A stretch of 64,000 nucleotides of DNA from assembly GCF_018350175.1 (NCBI RefSeq), contig NC_058373.1, positions 113,152,001 through 113,216,000 of the forward strand, written 5' to 3'. How positions within the stretch are numbered: position 1 is the stretch's first letter; every line of letters begins with the position of its first letter. A model generated the notes under the pieces. It searched no databases. It was given only the letters and a program-made list of their open reading frames with translations, and had not been told where the DNA came from. The position numbers and the translations under genes were made by a program. Positions 37,096 to 49,869 of the stretch are shown in pieces. Source of the stretch: Felis catus (Eukaryota).

Positions 37096-37489
37096 ATACA
37101 GGCTATGACCACATGACCAGTTACAGAAATGAGGGCTATAATTGTAAAGAATGTTTCCTCTTTATTTTTTTATGAAAATACTTGTATGCAAATATCTTTT
37201 TTCTTCCCTCCCCCCATTCTCTTATCATGTAACATAAGATATATTGTCCTTCTATAATAGTTTTAAAGATTTGTTAATTTTACATCATAGTATTTAAGTT
37301 CTATTATATCAGAAAGAAGAGTAAACATCATTAAAGGAGTTTATCGCTTCTGGGGAAGGAGTGCATTTTTGGTTGTATGCAAGATTGTTGTATCATGTTA
37401 GGCAGATTTATGGCCTTTTTTATTGTTTGTATTTGGAGAATATGGTTTAAGAAGATGTGTATGGATGCCTAGTTGATGAAGGGTGAGCT

Positions 37490-37967
37490 TGTGATGGTTA
37501 ATTTTATGGGTCAACTTGACTGGGCTATTAGGTGCCCAGATGTTTGGTTAAGCATTATTCGGGGTATGTCTGTGAGGGCGTTTCTGGATGAGATTAACAT
37601 TTGAATCCATAGATCAAGTAAAGCAGATTGTCCTCCCCAACATGGGTAGGCCTCATCCAATCTGTTGGAAGCCTGAATAGAACAAAAAAGGCAGAGTAAG
37701 GGAGAATTCACTTTCTCTGCCTGATTGTCTTTGAGCTGGCACATTGATTTTTCTCCTGCCTTTGATCTCAGACTTGGACTGGAATTTACACCATCGGCTT
37801 TCCTGGGTCTGTAGCTTGCTAACTGCAGACTGTGGGACTTCTCAGCCTCCAATACTGCATGAGCCAATTCCTTATAGTACATATCTATAATATATATCTA
37901 TAATATGTGTACATAATCTATATATCTCCTATTGGTTCTATTTTTCTGGAGAACCCAGGCAAATACA
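37490..37967 (+). mobile_element. MLT2-family LTR (3' LTR of the ERV-L)
   Basis: Starts TGTGATGGTTAATTTTATGGGTCAACTTGACTGGGC, ends CTCCTATTGGTTCTATTTTTCTGGAGAACCC...AATACA; directly follows the PPT-like tract. Confidence 0.9.
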
Positions 37968-39404
37968 GGCCCACAATACTTTTAGGGACCCATGAAAATG
38001 TTTTAATTTTAATTTCTTTTAAAATCAGGAGATGAATTGTAATAATAATAGACATTTAAAAATGAGTCAAGACTGGATTATATTTGTCTTTATGCCAACG
38101 TAGTTGTAAAATATAATTTTACATATATTTTTATGGAGGGATGAGCCCACAAAGGCGCAAGTGCCTAAGTCCCATGAAAGTCATAATGTGGCCCTTCTAA
38201 CACTCCACAGTGCCCCATCCTTGAGGGTTGGGAGTCTTTTTGCCTAGGACCCAATGTCCACCCATTGGTTCCATGGGTTGACCAGGATGGTGTTTCTGTG
38301 GCCTTGCATTGACCTTGAAGAAGAGATTATTTTTGGAGTTGTTGTCTTTGAGTTATATCTATTAATAGAACTATGTGTGTGTCTAGTGGGAGGTGGGTCC
38401 AGCAGTGCCAAAAGCAGAGTAAACCAGAACCAGGCATAGATGAGTAATAGCCTCTCCTCTGGAAAGAGGATGGCTATCAAGGAGCACCTTCCCTGCCCCC
38501 ACCACCAGTTTTCCTCTGTGTCCTGTCCTGGTTCTTGTCTAATTAGGTTGACTTCTCTCTCCTATAGATCAGGACTAAATATTTAGTAAGCCCACATTAT
38601 GTGTCAGATACTCCTCAGGGCAAAGATAAACAACAAATGCAGCCTTTGCAGGCAACAGCCTCATAAACAAGATGTTAGAGCCCAGGCTACAAAGTGCTAT
38701 GCAAAGATCCATTTTAATCCTACCTGGATGAACCCTGAAGGCTTCACAGAGGAGGAAGCACTTGAGGAGGGCTTGTGAAGATGAATATGATTTTGACCAC
38801 AAATGTAGCCTCAGGGAAAAGGGGAGGATGGGCATGTATCCTTCCAACCCCCATAGGGAAGGATTTGTTTGTGATAGTCAGAAATGTGACAGAAGCAACA
38901 AAATTGCATTAAATGAGCTCTGTAAGTTGTGAGCCAAAAAGTGCAAGTGTTTGTTCTGTGACAGTGTAAAACTGACAATGTAAAACTTTCTTCTAGCCAA
39001 AGGGAAAAATGAAAGAAATGCAAATTAAGAGCATCCTGTCATAGAAGACCTACCACTATCACAAACTATTCTGTGTCCTGAGGTCTTTTTACTCACCTGC
39101 AATCTGACAGGAAAAGAAGGGAAGGAAGAGCATCCCAAGGAGATGGCTTGGCACAGGCAAAGGGGAGGAGGGCCAGGTTCTGGGAATGGCGGTAACGCTG
39201 TCAAGTCAGAAACAGGAGTATAACACTGGCATGGCCCCAGTCAAGCCTCATATCCCAAATGAGGAAACAGGTACTAAGTAAGACAAGGAGTATCCTTGCC
39301 TTTTGTGGTAAGTGGGTGGCCTCTTAGTGATAAGTTTGATAAACTCTGTGTCCAGAGTGTGTTTCTAGGGATCCAGCTATAAATATCCTAGCTGATTTAG
39401 GAAC

Positions 39405-40250
39405 TATATAGTATAATATGGTATAATAAAAATATATGTCCTTTTTGGTTCTTTATCCTGGGTTCCTGGCACAAAACTCCTCAAACCCTTGGAATTCCCT
39501 GATAGGAATGTCTTTTGATATTCATACTGAGTCCTTTTGAACACACAGTAGTTTATGCTAAGGAGGTGACTCAGGGTAGAGTCTCCAGCTAGCTTCAGGA
39601 TGGGGGGCTGATCACCAGAAAGACCAAACACGATTAGAGGGTGGAAATGTTCAGCCCCAGCTCTCAAACTCTTGGGGGTGGGGGAGGGGGCTGGAGATTG
39701 AGTTATATAAACTCTGAAACAATGAGATTCAGAGAACTTCCAGGTTGGTGAACACATCAAAGTGTTCAGTGAGTAATGTGCCCTGAAAGGGAATAGAAGT
39801 TCCACTCTCCCCTCTAGCCTCATTCTTTGCTCTATGTATCTCTACTATTTGTCTCTTCCTGAGTTGTATCCTTTATAATGAAATGGTAATCATAAGTAGA
39901 GGACTTTCTTTAGTTCTGTGAGTCATTTCAGTGAATTATCAGACCTGGTTTGGGGGAAATTGTGGAAACCTCTGAATGGGTCAGGTAAAAGTTAAGTGTC
40001 ATCTGGGGATTCCACTTGCTGGTATTTAAAGTGGGGAGAGTCTTTGGGACTGAGTCCTAAAGCTTGTGGGATCTGATGCTAACTCCAGGTAGATAGTGTC
40101 AGGATTGAATTGAATTGAATTGAATTGAATTGAATTGAATTGAATTGAATTGCTAGACACCTAGTTGGTGATGGAGAATTGATGGAGAAAACAACACATA
40201 TTTGGTGTTGGGAAAAAACACCCATGGGAGTCAGAAAAAAAAAACATGCA
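39405..40250 (+). mobile_element. MER21-like solo LTR with internal (GAATT)9
   Basis: 'ggttcctggcacaaaactcctcaaacccttggaattccc...ttccaggttggtgaacacatc...ttctgtgagtc...ggtagatagtgtcag'. Confidence 0.75.
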
Positions 40251-41261
40251 CATAGAAATCACAATTCATAAGGAAACATCATCACCTTGGTTTAAGGAAG
40301 ACAATTTACAAAGCAGCTCATGGACTTCACAGTTTTCTTATGACTAATTCAAAGTCCTTTTGGCTTTACAGCCAAGGCAATGAGAGTCCACAAAACCAGT
40401 TTTTTCCCCAGGAAAAACTAGATCTTCTGTTCATTTTGATGGTAAGCTGGAAAGCCCACATAGAGGCACTGAGTACCCAGGGTTCCTGGGGCTTCATGGC
40501 CTGGAAGCTCACTGGAAGCAGTTCCTTTTGGAAGGATGTGGAAGGAGGAAGCAGGACACCAGGTTCCAGCTTGCCTCTTCCACAGATGCCCTCCTTGCCT
40601 TTGGGCAAGTTGTTCACATCTCCACCTTCATGATCTCATCTACATAATGAGGGGTACTGGACTTGATGATTGCTAAATTCCACCCAGCCCTAAGATTGCC
40701 ATCCATGCCTCTAACCTATGGAGGATGCCCCAGAGATTGCTGGAGGACACAGTTAAGGAATAAGTCCCTATGGGGCTTATCACATTGAATCACAATTAAT
40801 GTTGAGTAAAGGAATTCTTCAGGGAAGCAAACAGCCCCAAATTACTCCCGCCCCACCCCTGAGCCAGATGCCCTCCATGAAATCAGGGAAACAGATAGAT
40901 AGGGTGTTAGGCCAAGGTCAGCAGAGGCCGGGCATGGAATGATTAGGAGGGTGTCCTGTCACACATCTTATCTTTGGGTCCTGGCTTCCCAGTGTGTCCT
41001 TTCTCAGGAGGGGCAGCACAGTCACCACCTATTACATTTTCAAGGGCCTGCTAGTCTAGACAAACCGTTAAGACACTGAAATCTCATTTGATATGCACAT
41101 GACACAGAGCAGGGGCTGGGAGGGGAATCTGCTATGCTAATGGTAGAGTCAGGATCCAAAAATATGTCTGCTGACATGAAAGATGGGTCGAAGTTAACAA
41201 GATTATGTTTTATAGGGAGATATGAGAATCTCAAGCTCAGATCTAAAAAAGACCACCTAGA

Positions 41262-41455
41262 TCAGGGGTTGTCAAACCACAGCCTGTGTGCCAAATCCAG
41301 CCTGCAGCCGTTTTTGTAAAATTAGATTTTATTGGAACACAGCCACGTTCAATTGTTTATATACTATCTGTGGCTGCTGTCACACTACAGCAACAGAATT
41401 GAGTAGTTGTACAGGGATCGTATGGTCTACAATGTTTAAAATATTTGCTAGCAGA
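41262..41455 (+). mobile_element. MER58A-like hAT-Charlie MITE
   Basis: 'caggggttgtcaaaccacagcctgtgtgccaaatccagcc...ttttattggaacacagccac...gagtagttg'. Confidence 0.75.
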
Positions 41456-42073
41456 GGTCACATGAAATAGACAAGTCCTGATGCAGAGATTTGAATTTAT
41501 AACAGCTTGAGTGAAAAGGTTAAAAAAAAAAATCATTTAGTCTGCATGAGTAGCATTATAATGTGAAGACAAGGTATGTTTTCAATAAGTCTCCTTTAGA
41601 TGTAGGTGACCAAAAGTAATACAGAATTACCACAGGAGAAATGTACTGGAGGTATGCCATGGTATCTCACAGAAAAGAAGCCCTAGAGAAGGTGGTGAAC
41701 CTCAGGAGCCATCTAGTCAGGAACTTTCTCCCCATCTCTCACCTCTCCTGCCTATGCCTGCTTCTCTCAGTACAGACCAGCTTTCTGCACATAACATGGC
41801 AACAGCAAGTTTCCTATCCCAAGTTTGATAATTTTCACAGATCTCTGTTTTTTCTCTTCTCCCTCAGCACAAAGAAGGATGACCTCTCCCAGTCTCCACC
41901 CTGCAGTTAGTTAAGTGAGGCTTTAGACTGCAGCCTGACTGGGGAATGTGAGTGGAAGTGATGTGCATCCTTTAAGGTAGAAGCTGTTCAAAGCAGACAG
42001 GATTTCTCCATGTCCTCCCCCCACCCCCTCCATTCCTTCACCCCCATCTGTGCAGCTGGAAGTGAAGGACTTT

Positions 42074-42264
42074 GTTTTTTAATGTTTATTTTTGAGAGAG
42101 AGATTGTGAGTGGGGGAGGGGCAGAGAGAGAGGGGGACAGAGGATCTGGAACAGGCTCTGTGCTGACAGCCGTGAGCCTCATACAGGGCTCGAACTCACA
42201 AACCGTGAGACTGTGCCCCGAGCCAAAGTCAGACACTCAACTGACTGAGCCACCCAGTCGCCCC
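42074..42264 (-). mobile_element. CanSINE inserted in an old MLT1-like LTR (~41880-42470)
   Basis: 17-bp TSD TGGAAGTGAAGGACTTT (42057-42073) / TGGAAGTGAAAGACTTT (42265-42281). Confidence 0.92.
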
Positions 42265-42796
42265 TGGAAGTGAAAGACTTTTAAGAGGATGGAACCTTAG
42301 GGTGGAAAGATCTTGGATCCCTAAATCACCACTTGGAGAAGAGCTTCCGAGGAGAAGTACCCAACCCCCATCAAACTTTACATGGAAAGGAAATATATTT
42401 TCATTGGAATAAGCCACTAACATCTCGGGATTGATTCATTTCCACGGCATAGCCTACTCTGTCCTGATCAATATAGCTGCCAATAGCTGCTGAGTTTTTG
42501 TATCTCACAGTTGTAGCCACCAGAGAGGCACTCAAGTCCCCAAATCCCAAGAAATTAATTGATTGGAGCAGCTTAAATATAGTACCAACCTCTTGGCCAA
42601 TCAGCTATCCTTGGGGACAGAATCATAGCTGAGCAAGGCAATCCCTACAAGGACCACGTGGTGGAGTTTTGGGGGGTGCAGTTCCCAGAAGAAAGCCTGG
42701 AGAGTTGGAGGGGGTGGAGGGAAGAAAAGGCAAAGGGAGACAATAGACAATAGTCCTGGCCTACCAAGCATTGGAGTGTTAGGCTCTGAGAATAGT

Positions 42797-42932
42797 GGTT
42801 TTTTTTTTTCTTTTAAGTAGGCTCCATCCCCAGCACAGAGCCCAACACACAGCTCGAACCCATGACACAGAGATCAAGACTTGAGTTAAAATCAAGAGTC
42901 AACACTTAACCAATTGAATCACTCAGGCACCC
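42797..42932 (-). mobile_element. Short CanSINE lacking the CT tract
   Basis: 'aagtaggctcc...gagatcaagacttgagttaaaatcaagagtc...caggcacccc'; 13-bp TSD CTCTGAGAATAGT. Confidence 0.88.
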
Positions 42933-45900
42933 CTCTGAGAATAGTATCTTTAAAGAGATCCTGAGTTGGGATTCCTGGAAAATCCATTAGGACAGATTGG
43001 AAAGAAGAGAGAGTAGGGTGGTGAGGAAAAAGCCTCAAAGAACTCTGACCCAAGATGTAGAATTAAAGGAAATGTGAACGTTTAATCTAGGAAATGGAGG
43101 AGTTGGCAGGGACACAGGGACTCTCTTCAAGTTGATAAAGGACTATCCCATGAGAGGGACCCTGCCATTCTCCAAAGGGCCATACTCGCCCCAGAAGGTG
43201 AACATGACAGGAAAGTCACACTGCAGCACAACTTGAGGAAGAACGTTCTATTTGGACCAGCTAGGAGGGGCTCAGACTCTTTTAGCCCTAACTTGAGTCC
43301 TACGTTAGGCTGAGATGGCTGTTATGAGGCCACACCAGCCAGGTAGGTCAGAGCCACTGAAGATGACACTCCTGCATTCCTGTCCTGGTTGCCCATTCCC
43401 CTCTAATACTGAGATTCTCAGAATTACTTTAAATTGGTCACCCAGTATGACCAAAAGGCCAAGTGAACTTTGATGCAAGCTATCGGCACAGCATGGTCCA
43501 CACTGTCCAGAGACAGCCTCCTTCCTCACAGCACACTGGAGCCCTGGAAGAGGGCTGCTGTGGACACCCAGGAGACCCTGGGAACAGGCTCTTTCACAGC
43601 CCTGGTTGCTGATCCTTGAAGCCAAGGCTAGGAGGCAAGGCATAATGATGTGGGGGGCAAGGTAGGAGAGATCTCCCAACAACTGTCCCAGGACCTTGTG
43701 GTCTGAGGGGCAGAAACAACACACTCCCAGAAACAACTTAAAGACTAAGATAGTGCTACATTGTGTAGAATCAGGGGTCTTCTTCCCTTGTTTTATAGAT
43801 GAGGCCCAAACGACAATGCAACTTAAGCTACTGGCCAGGCCAGGATCAGAATTCTGCTCTTCAAGGTCTTATAGGAAGCAGAGCAGTGTAGGGTGGTGGT
43901 TAGGAGCAGAGGCCAGAGCTCGGCCACCTGATTCTGCTACCTACCAGCTCTGTGACTGTGGGCAAGCTAACTTACCTCTCTACCCGTTTCTCAATTATAG
44001 CATCTACTTCAGAGGCTGTTTTGAGGATTGGACTGGTTGTGATTTCCAAGGCTCAGAGATCACATAGATAGGAAGAGGCAAATCCAGGACTTGAACCCAG
44101 ATCTGTTTGATCCTGAAAGCCAAGTGTCTCTTGCCCCTTACCCTCACCAGGCTGCCTCTCTCAGCCCATAAAAGGAAATCTTTTCAGTTATTTTCTCAGG
44201 GAGGGCTCCCTTGGTCAAGCTTGTATGTGCTAGAAGCTTGAGAAGTTTCTGTTCTCACACATGGGGAAACTGAGGCACAGACTGTCACAACAACATGTCA
44301 CCTTCAGGAAGGGGAACTGAGTAGTGAAACCTGCATCAGATGGCTTTTGAGTCAGGTTATTGAAGTGAAAAGTAACCACAAGATACAGAATAAAGGCCTG
44401 AGCTATCAACTTGGCCCTAGGACTCAGTGTAAAGAGGCTAGATTGGGTCCAATTGCCCTTTGCCCTGGTTTCAGGTCACCATGAGCCTGCTAGCCATTGG
44501 ACGAGGGAACCCCTGAGGGGTGGAGCAGGAGAGAGCAAAGATACAGCAGCACTAGGAAAAGCACCCTGGCAACCCAAGTGGTGAGACAGCAGGTCTGCTT
44601 GAGGCTCCAAGCCCTGCCCAGAATGCTTCACCTTGGCCTCACAGGTCCCTGGGATGCTGAATCCTCAACCACCTTCCCTAGATCAGGCTGTCGCCTTCCT
44701 TCCCATCAGGGTAGTATAAATAGATTTCAACTGTACCTATTTTTTCCCCCAAAAGTTGCTGATGGATTTGGCTGTTCCTAATCCCATGCCAGGTCGGGGT
44801 GATGTCCCCGTCTCTGTCATGCGGTTTAGAGGCTCAGAGTTGGGATAGGAAGCCAGGGAGTAGATAAGGGGCTGCTGAGTCAGAAATGTGTGCAAGGTAC
44901 GGCCATCTGCCAGGCTGGGGCTGTGGTTCCTAAGCTGCCAAAGGAGTGGCACAGAAGATGACCCAGGTTTAGAGCTCAGCTGAGAGCATTGAGAGAATAA
45001 GAAAGGTAGTAAGGGTGGCTGTCATCCTTGACCCTGGCTCTGCCACTTACCAGCTGGCTGATCTCTGGCAAACTAATGTCTTTGAGCCTCAATTTTCTTA
45101 TCTGCAAAATAGGGAAGAATCATACCTCCCTCTCAGGAGGATCTTTGAAAAGATACCAAATCCTCAGGTATACCAGCTGCAGAGCAAGGGCTGGCTTACG
45201 AGCAGGATGGGGTGGGGGTAAGAGCCTGGCTTCCAGATCAAAGTGCTTGGGCTCATACCCTGGTTCTGTCACTTTCTGGCTGCTTGGACCTGGAGGTACT
45301 GTGGGGGGCTGGGGAGGAGTACTCTGCTCTTCAGTTTCCTCACTGACAAAACAGACACAGACAAATGCTTCATGCAATTGTTATGAGAATTTAAATGGTT
45401 TAGTACTTGAAAAACACTTAGAACAGCGTTTGGCACATAATACACTAGAATCTGTTAAATACCAGCTGATGTTCTTTTTCATCCATGTAAACTCATGCAA
45501 TTTTACCTGTTGAAATTTCTTTTCCGCATCTGGTAAACATATCCTCCTTGAAACTGTCATCTCTCCTTCCTATTAAGGATTGCACTGTAAGTCCTTTCCT
45601 TCATGTGCCACTAATTGCACAGTATCCCCTGACTGTTTTTCCCCCAGCCTTCTGGCTCTCTTCGTCTCCAGAAGTCAGCATAGATCGCTGTCCACTCTCT
45701 CCTGTTTGCAGCACTGGGCTCAGCGGGGGCTTCCTGAGTGTGCAGAAATCCAAATACCTGTCCAGTTCGCTCCATGATTGGAACGCTGTCTGTTCATTCA
45801 TTCATCAAACACTAATGGGGTCCCCATCATGTCCTAGGCACTGTGTTAGGCACTGGTGGCATAAGATGAATAGCCAAGTTCTCTGCACTTACAGAACTCA

Positions 45901-48900
45901 CAAGTCAAGAGATGAGGAGGTCAAAAAGTGAGAAAACAGATCATTAAAGTAGACTTGTATAGGTTAAACAATGAGAGGAAGCCCTGAGTCCCATGGGAAC
46001 ACAAAGGAGGGACTCTAACCAAGGAGGGGAAGGGAGGATTGGGAACAGTCTCCTAGAAGAGGTGACATCTCCTAAAGGGCACCATGCCCTGGCCCAGGGC
46101 ACCTGTTGAGCACCTGTGGACACTGCTGGCCATCTGCTGTGCTGTCCTCTCCAAGGTGGCTGACTCGGTCCTACTCCCCAGCTGACCCTCAGTTCCTGCT
46201 CCTTGCACATTCCCTCCTGCCACTAGGCCTTTCACATGGCATCCCCTCTCCCAGCAGTATTCTTTGGCTCCCAGTTAATGACTTTGTTTAGATCTGGGTT
46301 CAAATGGGACTTCCTCCAGGTAGTTTCCCCTGACCTCTCTGACTAGGTTAAATCTCCCCATCAGACACACTCCTAAAAATTTGCACCCCTATTTTGTAGC
46401 CCTGACTACATTATACAACTGTTTAATTCTCATCTCTTACAGATCAAACACAAGGTTAAATGAATAACTGAATGACTGAATGAATACATAATCACTGAAT
46501 AAGGCGGGACAATGTGTATGTTAATCCTGAAAGGCTGGAAATTTCTGCTTCCTTTTAAAGGTACTTATCATAATCACTTATTTATAATAACTATCATTTA
46601 TTATATGTAATAAGCATTGCAAAAAGTTCATTTGTTCACTCATTCACAAATATTAATGAAGCACCTCTTTGGGGGTGGTCACAGTTCTCAGCACTGGGAT
46701 GAGAAAACAGTGAGTTAGCAATGCGCCGTGCTCTCTGGACCGTGTGTCCGGTGGAGAAGATAAAATAAAGAGACAAAGGCATAAAGTGACAAAGGCATGA
46801 GGAAAGAAATCAGGCTTTAGAAAGTGACCAGCTGTTATAACCCCACAGCTGCCGACCTTCACAGCTCATCCTGTTCTCTAGGATATCTCAAGGAGAAGCA
46901 TGAATGACTCAGGAAATCCAGGAGAGCGCCTTAGAAAAGTCCAGCCAGTGGGCCGGACTTGAGCCACCTGGAACTGGCTCCCTAGTGCAGGCTTGCAGGG
47001 GGGCTGTGTATGGGGGGGTGGGTCTCTGTTGTTGGCACCAAATGCTCAGGAGCAGCAGGCTGGCTGGGCTAGGAGGTGATGGGGCACCTGAGGCCCCAGA
47101 TGGAGGTAGATAAGGCACAGCTGTTGTCTGTTGCCAGGTGTCTTCCGCTGGCCAGAGAGCTACTATTTGCTGCTGACACAATGGCCTGACGTACCCCTGC
47201 CTCAGCAGCCAGGAGCGGGAAGTGAGGGCTGAGCTGGCCAGTCCCTTGTGACAGTGAGTCCTGCAGCCTTGAAACCTGAGGAGATGGCTTGAAGTCAGTG
47301 CTTGCCGACGCTTCCCCACTGGGGGTGAATATTAGGCTATGAATCTTTACTGCCCTGAACATGGGACTCCTTATAGTAGATACATGGGTAACAGAGTCAG
47401 TGTGGGGACTGCTCTAGGGAGGATGGACATGGGGGTGCAGCTGGAGTGGAGGGAGCCTCTCCCTCAGGCTCAGAGTTGATGAAATGATGGGCAGTTCTCT
47501 GCCCTTTATGGGTTCATGATAACACCTGCCAATTCCCTTGTTCATTCAACAAATGTTTATTGAGCTCCTACTTTGTGCAGACCCACACTGTGCTGGTTGC
47601 CTGTGATGTGGCAGTGAATGAGATGTGGTCCTTGACCTCCCTCAGGTCACCTGGGCAACATTTCGTTGTTTCTAAAAAACTCGTCAGGATCTTAAGCAAT
47701 CCTTGTTACAATCCTGTGAGTCCCATGAGAGCATTACTGTTGTTACCATTTGATGGATGGGGAAAAAAGGTTAGTTAATTTGCTTAAGGGGAAGCAAGAT
47801 AAAACCAGCAACCGGGTCTTGTTTATCCTTTTGCTGAGCCCCCACCAAGGGGAGTCAGGGAAGTGGTACTATATTGTTTTTTAATGGTTCACCCTTACCA
47901 TTAGAGTCGGAAAGTAAAACTTGACAAAGTAGGGAAGGCTTCATGGAACCCCTGACCTTATTTTCCCTATTCATTATTTCATTTTTAGTGCCTTAGTCCT
48001 GAATAGAACCAACACCCTTGACAGGCAAAAAGGTAGATCAGAGACCTATTTGAAGTTCTTGCCATTCACCCCTAATGTCACACTTTGGTGCCCACCCTGA
48101 TCAGTTTTTCTTAGAAGACCTCACTGGCTGGACGCAAACCCAACTTGGTTTGGAGTTGAAACACCTGCTTGGTTACACGTACACTTCATAATACTCAGAA
48201 TCTTACTCTTCTATGCTTGTGCTTCTGTGCTTCCTTCCTCACCAAAGAGCACCCTGTTCCCCATGCAGGTAATCAATAAACCCTAACTGATTACTTGATT
48301 GGGAACAACAAATATATAGTTGAAGTGCCTGGAAATACGATCTCCCAAAGGCTGCCAGCCAGCCAGGGGCTCAAGGGACAGGTGTTTTCTGATGGATGTG
48401 CTTGTTCATCTCCAAGGCAAAGTTTAAAGTGAGTGACTGAGCATTATTTTAGAACAGCGTAAAATTGGAAACATGCAAATACTCAGTGATAGGGGAATAA
48501 CTAAGCTATATTAAGGTTATATTATGATTCTGGAAGACTCTTTAGTTTTTAAAAGTGATCTTAAAATGCCACACAGAGAAATGTGTACCAGGTACCAAAG
48601 TAAAGAAAAGCAGAATCTGCAAAGAACAGAGAGGTATACATACATACACTTCAAAAGATGAGAAGAAAACTTAACTGTTTGTGTGTATATGGAGGGGGAA
48701 AAGTTCATTAAGCCAAGAGGATGGTTGTAGTAGGGTCGAATCTGTCACACTGTGTGGTGTAAGGGGGAGAGTCCCTTGGACTTAGATGGCCCAGGGACCC
48801 TCATGTTGTCAATTCTGGACCATGTGATCTTGAACCATCCACTATCCTGATCTTTAGTTTGTTATCTGTCAAGTGTGAATTTTACACTTGTCCTGTCTCA

Positions 48901-49697
48901 CAAGGTAGGATGTAAGGCCATTTCGAGTTTTTATTTACCCCCCCCCCTTAATATGATATTTATAGATTTCCATGTAGAAGTAATAATGTGTTGGACTGTA
49001 AGGTCCTATTCACACCTGGTCCAGAAACTACAAAATATACAGCATATAAATGTTATTATCTTTCTGAAATCCAAAAAGCTTTGCAAAACCCCATGGGTTT
49101 TGAGTTAAGGAATCATGGATCTGTACTAAGCATGTTAGACATATCATTTTATTTAACTTAACCTTCACAATAATCCTACAGAGTAGGTTTTATCATTCCC
49201 ATTTTACAGATGAGAAAACTTGTGTGTATAGAGATTAATTTGCCTCCCAATTAATAAGTGGGCCAGTTCAGATCAGAAGCATTCAAAGCCCATGGTTTTG
49301 GCCATGATGAGCATGCCAACAGGAGCCCAAAAATGCTTGCTGGAGTGACATCTGCTTGCATTTGACTTGTGAGACTACGAGAATATTTCTCCTAATATCT
49401 GACACTGAGTGCATGCCAACCACTTGTCAAGCGTTGTCTCATCTGATCTCCACATCTCTGGGAGATTTGGCCTAGTATTAGCCAAAACGGAGGCTTAGAT
49501 AGGTTATATAACATGCCCAAGTAAGTCAGGGACCTGGGATTCAAACTCAGGTCTAAAGACTTCAAAGTCAGAGATGTTGCATCTTTCATGAGGCAGCCAG
49601 GAAGTTCTTAGGGCAATGTGGAGTGTAGATGGTCACATTCCGGAGACCAAAAAACGGCTGGTTGCAAAATAGAGTCATGAATGTGGAACCATCTAAT

Positions 49698-49869
49698 CCT
49701 TCCTCTTCCCTCCCCTCCCCTCCCCTCCCCTCCCCTCCCCTCCCCTCCCCTCCCCTCCCCTCCCCTCCCCTCCCCTCCCCTCCCCTCCCCTCCCCTTCCC
49801 CTCCCCTCCCCTCCCCTCCCCTCCCCTCCCCTCCCCTTCCCTCCCCTTCCCTTCCCTTCCCTTCCCTTC
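49698..49869. repeat. (CCCCT)n/(CCCTT)n polypyrimidine repeat
   Basis: Directly visible. Confidence 0.95.

Larger units (their letters stand above)
31530..37489 (+). mobile_element. ERV-L (class III) proviral internal region, degenerate, 5'-truncated
   Basis: Ordered remnants: gag (GGKNIKLDQAKFIDMG-like, ~32030-32080), protease (~33200), RT (LANAFF ~33940, VLPWGYISP ~34026, LVHYIDDI 34119-34142), RNase H (AWLTDGSA, KIFVSHVNSHQ), integrase (VDYIEPL, IASDQGTYFT), dUTPase, then a purine-rich PPT-like tract abutting the LTR. Confidence 0.92.
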
